A stretch of 40,000 bases of DNA, taken from Halobacterium sp. CBA1126. Lineage in GTDB: Archaea; Halobacteriota; Halobacteria; Halobacteriales; Halobacteriaceae. Below, piece by piece: positions 9,017 through 17,932 of this stretch; positions within the stretch are counted from its first letter, which is position 1; each line of letters begins with the position of its first letter. The stretch covers positions 5,311 to 45,310 of the forward strand of contig NZ_WPCF01000007.1 of the NCBI RefSeq assembly GCF_009741975.1, given 5' to 3'. Both the position numbers and the translations under genes were made by a program. A model generated the notes under the pieces. That model worked only from the letters and a program-made list of their open reading frames with translations, made no database searches and was not told the DNA's origin.

Positions 9017-10468
9017 CTAGTCGTCGGCTGGCGCCGGGGCGTCGGCCGGCTCGCTCTTCTGGGTGTAGCCGTGGCCGGTCAGCGCCATCGCGAACAGCAC
9101 GAGCGGCGAGAGGATGCCGAAGAAGTAGAACGGCACCCACCACCACGAGATGGCGCCCGGCGCGCTGTAGAGCGCGCTCGTCATGAAGACGGCGCCGGCG
9201 TGCCACGGGAAGAACGGCCCGGTCGGCGTTCCGGCGGCTTCGACGGCCCGGGAGAGGTCCGTCTCGGGGAGGTCGTACTCCTCGTAGAGGTTCCGGAGGC
9301 TGAGCCCCGGGACGACGATGGACATGTACTGCTGGGCGGAGAACGCGTTCGTCACTATCGCGGAGATGCCGGTGCCGGCGACGAGGCTGCCGGGCGACCA
9401 GACGGCCTGCGTGAGGTGGTGGGCGAGCGTCGCGAGCACGCCCGTGCCCTCGAGCAGGCCGCCGAGCGCGAGCGCGGCGACCACCACGGCGATGGTCCAC
9501 GCCGAGCCCGCGATGCCGCCGGCGGTCAGGAGGCCGTTGACGAGTTCGCTCCCGGTGGCGGGGTCGGTGCCGTTGAGGAAGATGGTCCACGCCGCGGTGA
9601 AGCTCACGCCCTGCACGACGACGGTGGTGAGCGCGCCCGCGAAGATGCCCGCGATCAGCGAGGGCAGCGGCGGGTAGCCGCGAATCGCGAGGCCGAACGT
9701 CACGACGAGCGGCAGGAACACGAGCGGGCCGAGCGCGTACGAGTCCGCGAGCGGGCCGCTGATGGCGGCGATGTCGGGGCTCCCGCCTTCGAGGAAGTAC
9801 ACGCCGAGGACGGCGTACGCGACGACGGAGAGGCCGAACGCGATCGCGGTGCCGGTCCGCATCGCCTTGATGTGGTCGTAGAGGTTGGCGTTGGTGACGG
9901 CGGCCGCGAGGTTCGTGGTGTCCGAGAGGGGGCTCTGCTTGTCGCCGGCGTACGCGCCGGAGACGATGGCGCCCGCGGTCATCGCCAGCGGGACGCCGAG
10001 CCCTTCGCCGATGCCGACGAACGCGACGCCGAGCGTCCCGACGGTGGTCCACGAGGAGCCGATGGCGAACGCGACGATGGCGGCGAGTACGGCCGTCACG
10101 GGCAGGAAGACCACGGGCGTGAGCGTGCCGAGTCCGTAGTACATCAGGCCGGGGATGGTGCCGGCGCTGATCCACGTGGCGATGAGCCCGTAGATGACGA
10201 ACAGGATGAGAATCGCCTGCAGGCCCATGCGGAGGCCGGAGGCGGCGGCGTCGTAGACGCCGTCCCAGTCGTAGCCGAACCGGTAGCGCGCGAACAGTCC
10301 GGTGAAGGCGATGCTCCAGAGCAGGGGTGCGTGCGGCGCGAGGCCGAGGTAGCCGGAGCCGACGCCGAGCGCGACGACGACGGCGAGAATCGGCACGAGC
10401 GCCTCGCCGAGGCTCGGGCGGCGAGCCTCGTCGATGTCCTCGTACGCGAGGGGTGCGTGGTCGCTCAT
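9017..10468 (-). CDS. nhaC: Na+/H+ antiporter, NhaC family
   Basis: 483-aa polytopic membrane protein with NhaC-like blocks (SWTTVGTLGVAF, GAYAGDKQSPLSDTTN). Confidence 0.85.
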   Translation of the reverse strand: MSDHAPLAYEDIDEARRPSLGEALVPILAVVVALGVGSGYLGLAPHAPLLWSIAFTGLFARYRFGYDWDGVYDAAASGLRMGLQAILILFVIYGLIATWISAGTIPGLMYYGLGTLTPVVFLPVTAVLAAIVAFAIGSSWTTVGTLGVAFVGIGEGLGVPLAMTAGAIVSGAYAGDKQSPLSDTTNLAAAVTNANLYDHIKAMRTGTAIAFGLSVVAYAVLGVYFLEGGSPDIAAISGPLADSYALGPLVFLPLVVTFGLAIRGYPPLPSLIAGIFAGALTTVVVQGVSFTAAWTIFLNGTDPATGSELVNGLLTAGGIAGSAWTIAVVVAALALGGLLEGTGVLATLAHHLTQAVWSPGSLVAGTGISAIVTNAFSAQQYMSIVVPGLSLRNLYEEYDLPETDLSRAVEAAGTPTGPFFPWHAGAVFMTSALYSAPGAISWWWVPFYFFGILSPLVLFAMALTGHGYTQKSEPADAPAPADD

Positions 10469-10580
10469 CGCCAGCTTGTAATTCTCTTCGGTAATTAAGC
10501 GTCTCGGTTGGATTATCCTCGGACATTCGCGCCGGTTTTCGAATTCGCCGGCAACGACTGCCGGTCGCCGGCACTCGTGG

Positions 10581-10590
10581 TTTTATGATA
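10581..10590 (+). promoter_or_regulatory. TATA box (TTTTATGATA) for ilvE
   Basis: About 22-31 nt upstream of ATG 10612; implies a leaderless transcript and argues against the 10585 start. Confidence 0.5.
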
Positions 10591-10611
10591 CGGCCCGCCC
10601 TTCCCGGGAGT

Positions 10612-11538
10612 ATGAGCGGATTCGACGACATGGACGTCGACACCATCTGGATGAACGGCGAGTTCGTGGACTGGGACGACGCCCAGATCCACGTCCTCAC
10701 GCACGCGCTCCACTACGGCAGCGGCGTCTTCGAGGGCGTCCGCGCGTACGACACCGCCAACGGCCCCGCGCTGTTCCGCTGGGACGAACACCTCGACCGG
10801 CTGTTCGCGTCCGCGAAGCCCTACGACCTCGACATCGACTTCACCCGCGAGGAGCTCACGGAGGCGACCGTCGAACTCCTCGACCGGCAGGACCTCGCGT
10901 CCTGTTACGTCCGCCCCATCGCGTACTTCGGCTACAACTCGCTGGGCGTCTCCCCGAAGGACTGCCCGACCGAGGTCGCCGTCGCGGCGTGGCCGTGGGG
11001 GACGTACCTCGGCGAGGAAGCCCTCGAGGAGGGCGTCGAAGTGATGGTCTCCTCGTGGCGCAAGCACGCCTCCAGCCAGATTCCGACCAACGCCAAGACC
11101 ACCGGCCTCTACGTCAACTCCATGCTCGCCGGCGAGGAAGCCCGGCGCAACGGCTTCACGGAGGCCATCGTCCTCAACAAGGAGGGCAACGTCGCCGAGG
11201 GCCCCGGCGAGAACCTCTTCCTCGTGCGGGACGGCGAGATCTTCACGCCCGGGCTCTCCGAGAGCATCCTCGACGGCATCACCCGCGACACCGTCATCAC
11301 GCTCGCCGAGGAGCGCGGCTACACCGTCCACGACAACGCCTCCATCTCGCGGGGCGAACTCAACACCGCCGACGAGCTGTTCTTCACGGGGTCGGCCGCC
11401 GAGGTCACGCCCATCCGCAAGGTCGACAACGTCGTCATCGGCTCGGGCACTCGCGGCCCGGTCACGGAGGAGCTCCAGCAGGCGTTCTTCGACGTCGTCG
11501 AGACCGGCGACCGCGAGGAGTGGTTCCACTACGTCTGA
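10612..11538 (+). CDS. ilvE: branched-chain amino acid aminotransferase
   Basis: ORF 10585..11538, ATG 10612. HALHYGSGVFEGVRAY...; class IV aminotransferase pattern (EGPGENLF, FFTGSAAEVTP). Confidence 0.9.
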   Translation: MSGFDDMDVDTIWMNGEFVDWDDAQIHVLTHALHYGSGVFEGVRAYDTANGPALFRWDEHLDRLFASAKPYDLDIDFTREELTEATVELLDRQDLASCYVRPIAYFGYNSLGVSPKDCPTEVAVAAWPWGTYLGEEALEEGVEVMVSSWRKHASSQIPTNAKTTGLYVNSMLAGEEARRNGFTEAIVLNKEGNVAEGPGENLFLVRDGEIFTPGLSESILDGITRDTVITLAEERGYTVHDNASISRGELNTADELFFTGSAAEVTPIRKVDNVVIGSGTRGPVTEELQQAFFDVVETGDREEWFHYV

Positions 11539-12147
11539 CTACTCCTCGTCGTCGTTGTCGTCGTCGCTGACGAACGGCTCCGGGACGTCGCGCTTGTTCT
11601 CCCCGAACCCCGCGCTGAGCACGCGCGTCAGCGCGTCCTCCGTGGACTCCTCGGCGTCCTCGATGTCCTCGGGCTCCAGCTCCATCACGAACCCGGAGGT
11701 GATGTTCGGCGCGGTCGGCATGAACACCACCTCGCGGCCGTCGCTGGTCGTCTTCCCCGTCTTGAACGCGGTCAGCCGCATCCCCTCCCACGGCTCGACC
11801 TTCACCGGCTTCTGGAACTCGTCGGCGCCCCCCGACAGCACCGTCTCCACGGCCATCTTCGAGGCGTTGTAGACGATGCGCAGCCCCGGCAGCCGGTTGA
11901 TGAGGTCGTCCAGGACCTCCTCGGCGAACGTCCCGAGCGCGGTCCGCATCAGGTAGCCCACCGAGAACACCAGCAGCACGAAGATGACGACCGTCAGGGC
12001 CACCGCGACCACCGGGTCGTCGACGTTCGTCGCGAGCAGCGAGAACCGCGCGATGAGCGAGAACAGCCAGTACAGGACGTACAGCGTGACCAGAATCGGC
12101 GCGAGCACGACGAGCCCGCTCGCGAAGTCCCGCTTCCACGAGGTCAT
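11539..12147 (-). CDS. DUF502-family membrane protein
   Basis: ORF 11539..12159, ATG at 12147. Two N-terminal TM helices, then PNITSGFV-type block and an acidic tail. Its stop abuts the ilvE stop. Confidence 0.7.
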   Translation of the reverse strand: MTSWKRDFASGLVVLAPILVTLYVLYWLFSLIARFSLLATNVDDPVVAVALTVVIFVLLVFSVGYLMRTALGTFAEEVLDDLINRLPGLRIVYNASKMAVETVLSGGADEFQKPVKVEPWEGMRLTAFKTGKTTSDGREVVFMPTAPNITSGFVMELEPEDIEDAEESTEDALTRVLSAGFGENKRDVPEPFVSDDDNDDEE

Positions 12148-12195
12148 ACGGGAGTCCACTGAGCGCCGACGTATAGGGATTTCGAGACGACCGCC

Positions 12196-13035
12196 CTACC
12201 GCCCCAGAACCGCCCGCAGCGCGAACAGCAGGTTCTCCTTGCGCTCCATCGCGCGCCGGTAGAAGTACGAGAACCACTTCCCGCCGTACGGCACGTACTG
12301 GTAGACCTCGACGCCGTCGGCCGCGAGGTCGACCTGCGCGTCGTCGCGGACGCCCATCAGCATCTGGACCTCGTAGTCGGTGCCGTACTCGTCGTGGAGG
12401 TCGCGGGCGAGCGAAATCATCTCCGGGTCGTGGCTGCCCACCGCGACGCCACCGTCGAACTCCCGGAACATGTACTCGAGGTCCTCCCGGTAGGCCTCGT
12501 TCACGCGCTCCTTGCGCTTGTACGCCAGCGACTTCGGCTCGTCGTACGCGCCCTTCACGAGCCGCACCTTCCCCGGGAGGCCCGCGAGCCGCTCGAGGTC
12601 CCCCTCCGTGCGCTTGAGGTTCGCCTGCACGCAGACGCCGACGCCGCCGCCGTACTCCGTCGTCAGCTCCTCGTAGGCGTCCAGCGTCGCGTCCGTCGTC
12701 TCGTGGTCCTCCATGTCCACCCACGTGAACACGTCGTGCTCGTCGGCCACCGCGACGATGCCCGCGAGGTTCTCCGCGAACACGTCCTCGCCGACGTCCA
12801 GCCCGATCTGGGAGGGCTTCACCGAGATGCAGGCGTCCACGCCGCTGCTCTCGATGTCCCGAACGAGGTTCTCGTACGCCGCGGCGTCCTCGTCCGCCGG
12901 CGGCCGCTCCGCGTAGTGCTCCCCGAGCAGGTTCAGGATGGCCTTCACGCCGCGGTCGTTCAGCGCCGCGGCGTGCTCGACGGCCTCCGCGGGCGTCTCC
13001 CCCGCGACGAACTTGCTCGCGACGGGCGGTATCAT
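12196..13035 (-). CDS. putA: proline dehydrogenase
   Basis: Part of ORF 12196..13386; ATG (cat 13033-13035) gives [13 protein letters not shown].... PutA/ProDH-like TIM-barrel blocks ([20 protein letters not shown]). Confidence 0.8.
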   Translation of the reverse strand: MIPPVASKFVAGETPAEAVEHAAALNDRGVKAILNLLGEHYAERPPADEDAAAYENLVRDIESSGVDACISVKPSQIGLDVGEDVFAENLAGIVAVADEHDVFTWVDMEDHETTDATLDAYEELTTEYGGGVGVCVQANLKRTEGDLERLAGLPGKVRLVKGAYDEPKSLAYKRKERVNEAYREDLEYMFREFDGGVAVGSHDPEMISLARDLHDEYGTDYEVQMLMGVRDDAQVDLAADGVEVYQYVPYGGKWFSYFYRRAMERKENLLFALRAVLGR

Positions 13036-13125
13036 ACCCGGATTTCGGGCGCCGCGTTCCTTAAACGGCGCGGCTCCCCCGGCGGAACCCGCGGGTTTTT
13101 CCGCCGGCCGCGTCCACCCCCACGC

Positions 13126-13669
13126 ATGGGTCTCGCAGCGACGGTCGCGACCGCAGTCTGGGTGATGCTGCCCGCCTACGTCCCCAACAACGCCGCGGTG
13201 CTCGCGGGCGGCGGCCGCCCCATCGACGGCGGCCGCACGTGGGGCGGCAAGCGCGTGCTCGGCGACGGGAAGACGTGGCGCGGCACCGCCGTCGGAACCC
13301 TCGCCGCGTCGCGCTCGCGCTCGCCCTGAACGCCGTCGAACACGCCGCCAGCGACGCGCTCGACGTCGCGCTCCCGGCGTTCCCACCCGCCGCGATGGTC
13401 GCGCTCCCCGCCGGCGCGATGCTCGGCGACGTCCTCGCCTCCTTCCTCAAGCGCCGCACCGGCCGCGAACGCGGCGCCGCCTTCCCCCTCCTCGACCAGC
13501 TCGACTTCGTCGTCGTCGCGCTCGCGCTCGCCGCCGTCGCCGCCCCCGCGTGGTTCGGCGCCACCTTCACCCTCGACGTCGTCGTCGCCATCCTCGTGCT
13601 CACCCCGCTGCTGCACGTCCTCACCAACGGCATCGCTACCTGCTCGGCCTGAAGCACGAGCCGTGGTGA
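13126..13669 (+). pseudogene. carS: CDP-archaeol synthase, frame broken twice (about 13306-13307 and 13635-13636); probable sequence errors
   Basis: Three frame segments: [36 protein letters not shown]...[15 protein letters not shown], then VALALALN...GAMLGDVLASFLKRRTG...LLDQLDFVV...LTNGIA, then YLLGLKHEPW*. Each junction leaves a 2-nt GC remnant. Confidence 0.75.
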
Positions 13670-13925
13670 GCGACCGTTTGCGCTGCGTTCGGCGCGCTTC
13701 GCGCGCCTCACTCGGCAAAAGCTCGGCCAAAAGCACTCCACGGCTCCAGCGCACCGCTTCGCGGTGCTTAGTCGCTCGTCGGCCCGCGCTCCCTCACTGT
13801 GTCCGGTCGCGGAGTGAACCGCTTCGTTCGGGTTCTTCGAACCGCTCACGGGTCACTCCGTTCCCCGTTCGCGCAAACCGAGGCGCTCGTCCCTCGCGCC
13901 TCGTGCCGCTCACTCGCGGATGCCT
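13670..13925 (-). repeat. hairpin-mosaic intergenic repeat, inverted copy of 1560..1810 (degenerate cassette D at about 13672..13738)
   Basis: The reverse complement shares ordered blocks with 1560-1810: GCATCCGCGAG, GAAGCGGTTCACT(T/C)CGCGACCG, GAGGGAGCG..GGCCGACGA, GGAGTGCTTTT, TTTTGCCGA, GCAGCGCAAA. Hairpins at 13691-13707, 13751-13767 and 13880-13902. Confidence 0.8.
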
Positions 13926-14002
13926 GTCACTGCTGGTCTCATCGCCGACAGAGTTAACACGGAGTGTAAGGTATACTTTACTGTAAAGCGAACTTTCCAC
14001 CC

Positions 14003-14443
14003 ATGTACGAGACAGACGACCCCTCCATCGAGCAACGGACGCGCTACCGCGAGTGGATGAACCGCTCGGTCGGCGCCGGCACCCTCGGGTTCTTCCTCGC
14101 GGTCGCCGTCAGCGTCCTCGCCAGCGGCCCCGTCACCGACTGGGTGCTGTTCGCCGGCCTCGGCGCCTACTACCTCGGGTACATCGGCTACCTCGCCGTC
14201 TGGCAGCGCACCGGCGTCCGCCACTTCGACGAACGCGAGGCCGAGATCGAGCGCCGCGCCGCCAGCCTCACCGCGGTGTTCGTCGTCAGCGTGACCATCT
14301 TCGGGCTCCCCGGCCTCGTCGTCGTTCAGGGGACCGACGTCGCCACCGTCCCCGCGTTCGTCGAGGGCGTCGTCTGGGGGTACATGGGGCTGGTGCTCGT
14401 GTTCCTCGGGCTCTACGGGTACGTGGAGCGGCGGTACTCGTGA
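14003..14443 (+). CDS. four-TM membrane protein (DUF2178-like)
   Basis: 146 aa with four hydrophobic helices. Stop overlaps the GTG of the downstream XRE regulator (GTGA). Confidence 0.6.
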   Translation: MYETDDPSIEQRTRYREWMNRSVGAGTLGFFLAVAVSVLASGPVTDWVLFAGLGAYYLGYIGYLAVWQRTGVRHFDEREAEIERRAASLTAVFVVSVTIFGLPGLVVVQGTDVATVPAFVEGVVWGYMGLVLVFLGLYGYVERRYS

Positions 14444-14634
14444 ACAACGACGTCCGCGAACGCCGGGAGGCCGAGGGGCTGAGCCAGGGCGAGCTCGGCG
14501 ACGCCGTCGGCGTCTCCCGCCAGACCATCAACGCCATCGAGCGCGACCGCTACGACCCGTCGCTGGAGCTGGCGTTCGCGCTCGCGGACTTCTTCGACTG
14601 CCGGGTCGAGGACCTCTTCGACCCCGACGGCTGA
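14440..14634 (+). CDS. XRE-family HTH transcriptional regulator (short, YozG-like)
   Basis: GTG 14440: VNNDVRERREAEGLSQGELGDAVGVSRQTINAIERDRYDPSLELAFALADFF; canonical Cro/C1 HTH. Confidence 0.8.
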   Translation: MNNDVRERREAEGLSQGELGDAVGVSRQTINAIERDRYDPSLELAFALADFFDCRVEDLFDPDG

Positions 14635-14676
14635 CGACCGCACCCCTTTTGGTGGGGTGGCCCGCCAACTCCGGTA

Positions 14677-15198
14677 ATGACCGACGACCTCGTGCAGCTG
14701 CTCCGGGACGCGGACGCCGTGAAGTTCGGCGAGTTCGAGCTCTCCCACGGCGGCACCTCGGAGTACTACGTCGACAAGTACCTCTTCGAGACCGACCCCG
14801 ACTGCCTGCGCGCCATCGCGGAGGCGTTCGCCGAGCGCCTCGACGCGGACGCGAAACTCGGCGGCGTCGCGCTCGGCGGCGTGCCGCTGGCCGCCGCCAC
14901 CGCGGTCGAAGCCGACGTGCCGTACGTCATCGCGCGCAAGCAGGCCAAGGAGTACGGCACGGGCAACCGCATCGAGGGGCGCCTCGAGGACGGCGAGGAG
15001 GTCGTCGTCGTGGAGGACATCGCGACGACCGGGCAGTCCGCCGTCGACGCCGTGGAGGCGCTCCGTGACGCTGGCGCGGAAGTGAACCGGGCGCTGCTCG
15101 TGGTGGACCGCGAGGAGGGCGGCCGGGAACTGCTCGCCGAGCACGGCGTCGAGATGGAGGCGCTCGTGACGGCCAGCGACCTGCTGGACGCCGAGTGA
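14677..15198 (+). CDS. pyrE: orotate phosphoribosyltransferase
   Basis: 173 aa; PRPP-binding loop [13 protein letters not shown] and [18 protein letters not shown]-terminus. Confidence 0.9.
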   Translation: MTDDLVQLLRDADAVKFGEFELSHGGTSEYYVDKYLFETDPDCLRAIAEAFAERLDADAKLGGVALGGVPLAAATAVEADVPYVIARKQAKEYGTGNRIEGRLEDGEEVVVVEDIATTGQSAVDAVEALRDAGAEVNRALLVVDREEGGRELLAEHGVEMEALVTASDLLDAE

Positions 15199-15294
15199 GC
15201 GGCGGCCGCGCGCCCGCCAGATGAGCGCGTTTGTGGTTTCTTCCCACGCAGAGCCTTTCGGGGTATTCAAGTTTGTGGAAACTTGTGGGTCTGT

Positions 15295-16008
15295 ATGAAC
15301 CGAGCAGAGAAGGCCGCCCTCCAGCTGCGCGCGGTCGACGTGCTGCGGACGCTGAAGGAGACCCGGACGTACGACGAGCTCTCCGCGGAGACGGGCCTCC
15401 CGGCGGGCGACCTCAACCGCTACGTGAACGGCCACGTGCTCCCGAGCGCCGAGCGCGCCCGCGAGGTCGTCGACGACGCCGGCGCCGACCTCCTCCGCGA
15501 GGAACTCGAAGCCCGCGTGCGCCTCGACGACGAGGGGTACGTCGACAACTCCGGGGTCGTCTTCGACCAGTCGTTCCTCGATCTGGTGGCGCCGGTCGCC
15601 GCCGAGACGTTCGACTTCGAGCGCCCGGACGTCGTGCTCACCGCGGCCACCGACGGCATCACGCTCGCGGCGTCGCTGGCGTCGTACTACGGCGCGCGCT
15701 GCGCGTACGCCAAGAAGTCCAAGGAGACTGCCGTCGAGGAGTTCATCGAGGCGCGCAAGCGCTTCGCCTCCGGCATCGAGCTCACCTACTACCTCCCCGA
15801 GTCCGCCGTCGACGCCGGCGAGACCGTCCTCGTCGTCGACGACCTCATCCGGTCGGGCGAGACCCAGGAGATCCTGCTGGACATCGCGGACGCCGCTGAC
15901 GCGGACGTCACCGGCGTGTTCACGCTCATCGCGGTCGGCGACGACGGCGTCGAGCGCGCCCGCGAGCTCACCGACGCCCCGGTCGGCGCGCTCGCCGAGC
16001 TCGAATAG
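15295..16008 (+). CDS. PyrE-like protein with N-terminal HTH (GfcR-type regulator architecture)
   Basis: ORF 15283..16008, ATG 15295. N-terminal wHTH-like region (TYDELSAETGLPAGDLNRYVNG) plus a C-terminal PRT fold (VLVVDDLIRSGET). Confidence 0.75.
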   Translation: MNRAEKAALQLRAVDVLRTLKETRTYDELSAETGLPAGDLNRYVNGHVLPSAERAREVVDDAGADLLREELEARVRLDDEGYVDNSGVVFDQSFLDLVAPVAAETFDFERPDVVLTAATDGITLAASLASYYGARCAYAKKSKETAVEEFIEARKRFASGIELTYYLPESAVDAGETVLVVDDLIRSGETQEILLDIADAADADVTGVFTLIAVGDDGVERARELTDAPVGALAELE

Positions 16009-16139
16009 CGCGCTCGCACCCGAATTTAGGCACGAACGTGTATTTTCTGTACGGTTCTTCATCCCCAGACGGCACACCCTTCCAACGTGCATAACAACGC
16101 TTAAGCGGGCGGTGTAGTTATGCCCGAACGTGCATCATA

Positions 16140-17576
16140 ATGGGGCTCGCTGACTACTTCGGCTTCGACGAACACGACACGGACCTGCGCACCGAGGTCA
16201 TCGCGGGCGTGACGACGTTCCTCACGATGTCCTACATCGTCGTCGTCAACCCCGCGGTGATGACCCAGGTGACTCAGGACGGCAAGGTCGTCAAACCCGG
16301 CATCGCGCTCGCGAACCACAGCTACGCCGAGACGGTCCAGATGCTGGCCGTCGTGACGCTGCTGGCGTCGGCGGTCGCCATGCTCGTGATGGCGTTCTAC
16401 GCGAACCGCCCGTTCGGGCTCGCGCCCGGCCTCGGCCTGAACGCGTTCTTCGCGTTCACCGTCGTCGGCGCGCTCGGCATCCCGTGGCAGACCGCGCTCG
16501 CCGCCGTCGTCACCGAGGGCGTCGTCTTCATCCTCCTCACCGCGGTCGGCGCCCGCGAGTACGTCATCAACCTCTTCCCCGAGCCCGTGAAGTTCGCGGT
16601 CGGGACCGGTATCGGCCTCTTCCTTGCCATCATCGGCCTCGAAGCGATGGGGGTCATCGTCGGCGACGCCGGCACCATCCTCGCGCTCGGCAACCTCGCG
16701 CAGAACCCGGTCGCCGTCCTCTCCATCGTCGGCCTGTTCTTCACGCTCGCGCTGTACGCCCGCGGTATCACCGGGAGCATCATCCTCGGCATCCTCTCGA
16801 CCACCGTCGCCGGCGCCGTCCTCACGTTCGCCGGCGTCGTGGAACCCGGCGTCCTCATCGACGGGTTCGTCCGCAACGGCGGCTTCGCCGCCAGCCAGCT
16901 CCCGCAGGCCCAGTACGACATCACGCCGCTGGCCGGCGCGTTCGTCGCCGGCTTCCAGAACGTCGAGGCGCTGAGCTTCGCGCTCATCGTGTTCACGTTC
17001 TTCTTCGTGGACTTCTTCGACACCGCGGGCACGCTCGTCGGCGTCGGGCAGGCCGGCGGCTTCCTCAACGACGAGGGCGACCTCCCGGACGCCGACAAGC
17101 CCCTGATGGCCGACGCGGTCGGCACCACCGTCGGCGGCATGCTCGGCACCTCGACGGTCACCACGTACATCGAGTCCGCGACCGGCATCGAGGAGGGCGG
17201 CCGCACCGGTATGGTCGCGCTCGTCGTCGCCGTCCTCTTCCTGCTGTCGCTGGTGGTCGTCCCGCTCGCCGCCGCGGTTCCCCAGTACGCCAGCCACATC
17301 GCGCTCGTCGTCGTCGCGCTGCTGATGCTCGGGAACGTCACCGCCGTCCAGTGGGACGACGTCACCCACTCCGTCCCCGCCGGCCTCACCATCCTCGTGA
17401 TGCCGTTCACGTACTCCATCGCGTACGGCATCGCCGCCGGCATCGTCTCCTACCCGGTCGTGAAGGCCGCGACCGGCGAGTACGACGACGTCTCCCCCGG
17501 CCAGTGGCTGCTCGCGGTCGCGTTCGTCGTGTACTTCTTCGTGCGCACCAGCGGCGTCCTCCAGACCGTCGCCTAG
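16140..17576 (+). CDS. NCS2-family purine (adenine/guanine/hypoxanthine) permease, AzgA-like
   Basis: 478-aa polytopic protein; N-terminus MGLADYFGFDEHDTDLRTEVIAGVTTFLTMSYIVVVNP is typical of AzgA/PbuG permeases. Confidence 0.9.
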   Translation: MGLADYFGFDEHDTDLRTEVIAGVTTFLTMSYIVVVNPAVMTQVTQDGKVVKPGIALANHSYAETVQMLAVVTLLASAVAMLVMAFYANRPFGLAPGLGLNAFFAFTVVGALGIPWQTALAAVVTEGVVFILLTAVGAREYVINLFPEPVKFAVGTGIGLFLAIIGLEAMGVIVGDAGTILALGNLAQNPVAVLSIVGLFFTLALYARGITGSIILGILSTTVAGAVLTFAGVVEPGVLIDGFVRNGGFAASQLPQAQYDITPLAGAFVAGFQNVEALSFALIVFTFFFVDFFDTAGTLVGVGQAGGFLNDEGDLPDADKPLMADAVGTTVGGMLGTSTVTTYIESATGIEEGGRTGMVALVVAVLFLLSLVVVPLAAAVPQYASHIALVVVALLMLGNVTAVQWDDVTHSVPAGLTILVMPFTYSIAYGIAAGIVSYPVVKAATGEYDDVSPGQWLLAVAFVVYFFVRTSGVLQTVA

Positions 17577-17625
17577 GCCCGCCGCTACCCCGCTGCTCTT
17601 CCGCGTCGACGCCGTACTCGGGAGT

Positions 17626-17871
17626 GTGACACTCGAACTGTACGCGCTCCCGGGCTGCCCGTACTGCGCGAAGGTCAAGACCAAGCTCGACGAGCTCGAC
17701 CTGGAGTACGTCGAACACGAGGTCCCGAGCTCGCACAGCCAGCGCACCGAAGTCGAGGAAGTCAGCGGCCAGACCGGCGTCCCCGTGCTCGTCGACGAGG
17801 AGCACGGCGTCGACGGGATGCCCGAGTCGGACGACATCGTCGACTACCTCGAGGAGACGTACGGCGCGTAG
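17626..17871 (+). CDS. glutaredoxin
   Basis: GTG start; CPYC active site (LYALPGCPYCAKV) and GVPVL motif; 81 aa. Confidence 0.8.
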   Translation: MTLELYALPGCPYCAKVKTKLDELDLEYVEHEVPSSHSQRTEVEEVSGQTGVPVLVDEEHGVDGMPESDDIVDYLEETYGA

Positions 17872-17932
17872 CGGCGTTCTGCTCTTCTCGCCGCCAGAAG
17901 CGACTTGCCGCCGGCGGCCGCAGTCCCCGACG

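Noticed and set aside
8133-10700. 855-aa ORF on the minus strand (also 5965..7794, 1682..2833, 14413..16092, 16101..17837, 30276..32039 and many others)
   Set aside because: These are Arg/Pro/Gly/Ala-rich, non-acidic translations lying antisense or out of frame to well-supported genes (NhaC, Taw1, aRF1, PyrE, permease, thermosome). They are typical shadow ORFs of a GC-rich genome where stop codons are rare.
12394-13329. 311-aa plus-strand ORF
   Set aside because: Most of it is antisense to the proline dehydrogenase gene. Only its last ~68 codons (from ATG 13126) are real, forming the N-terminal segment of the frame-broken carS.
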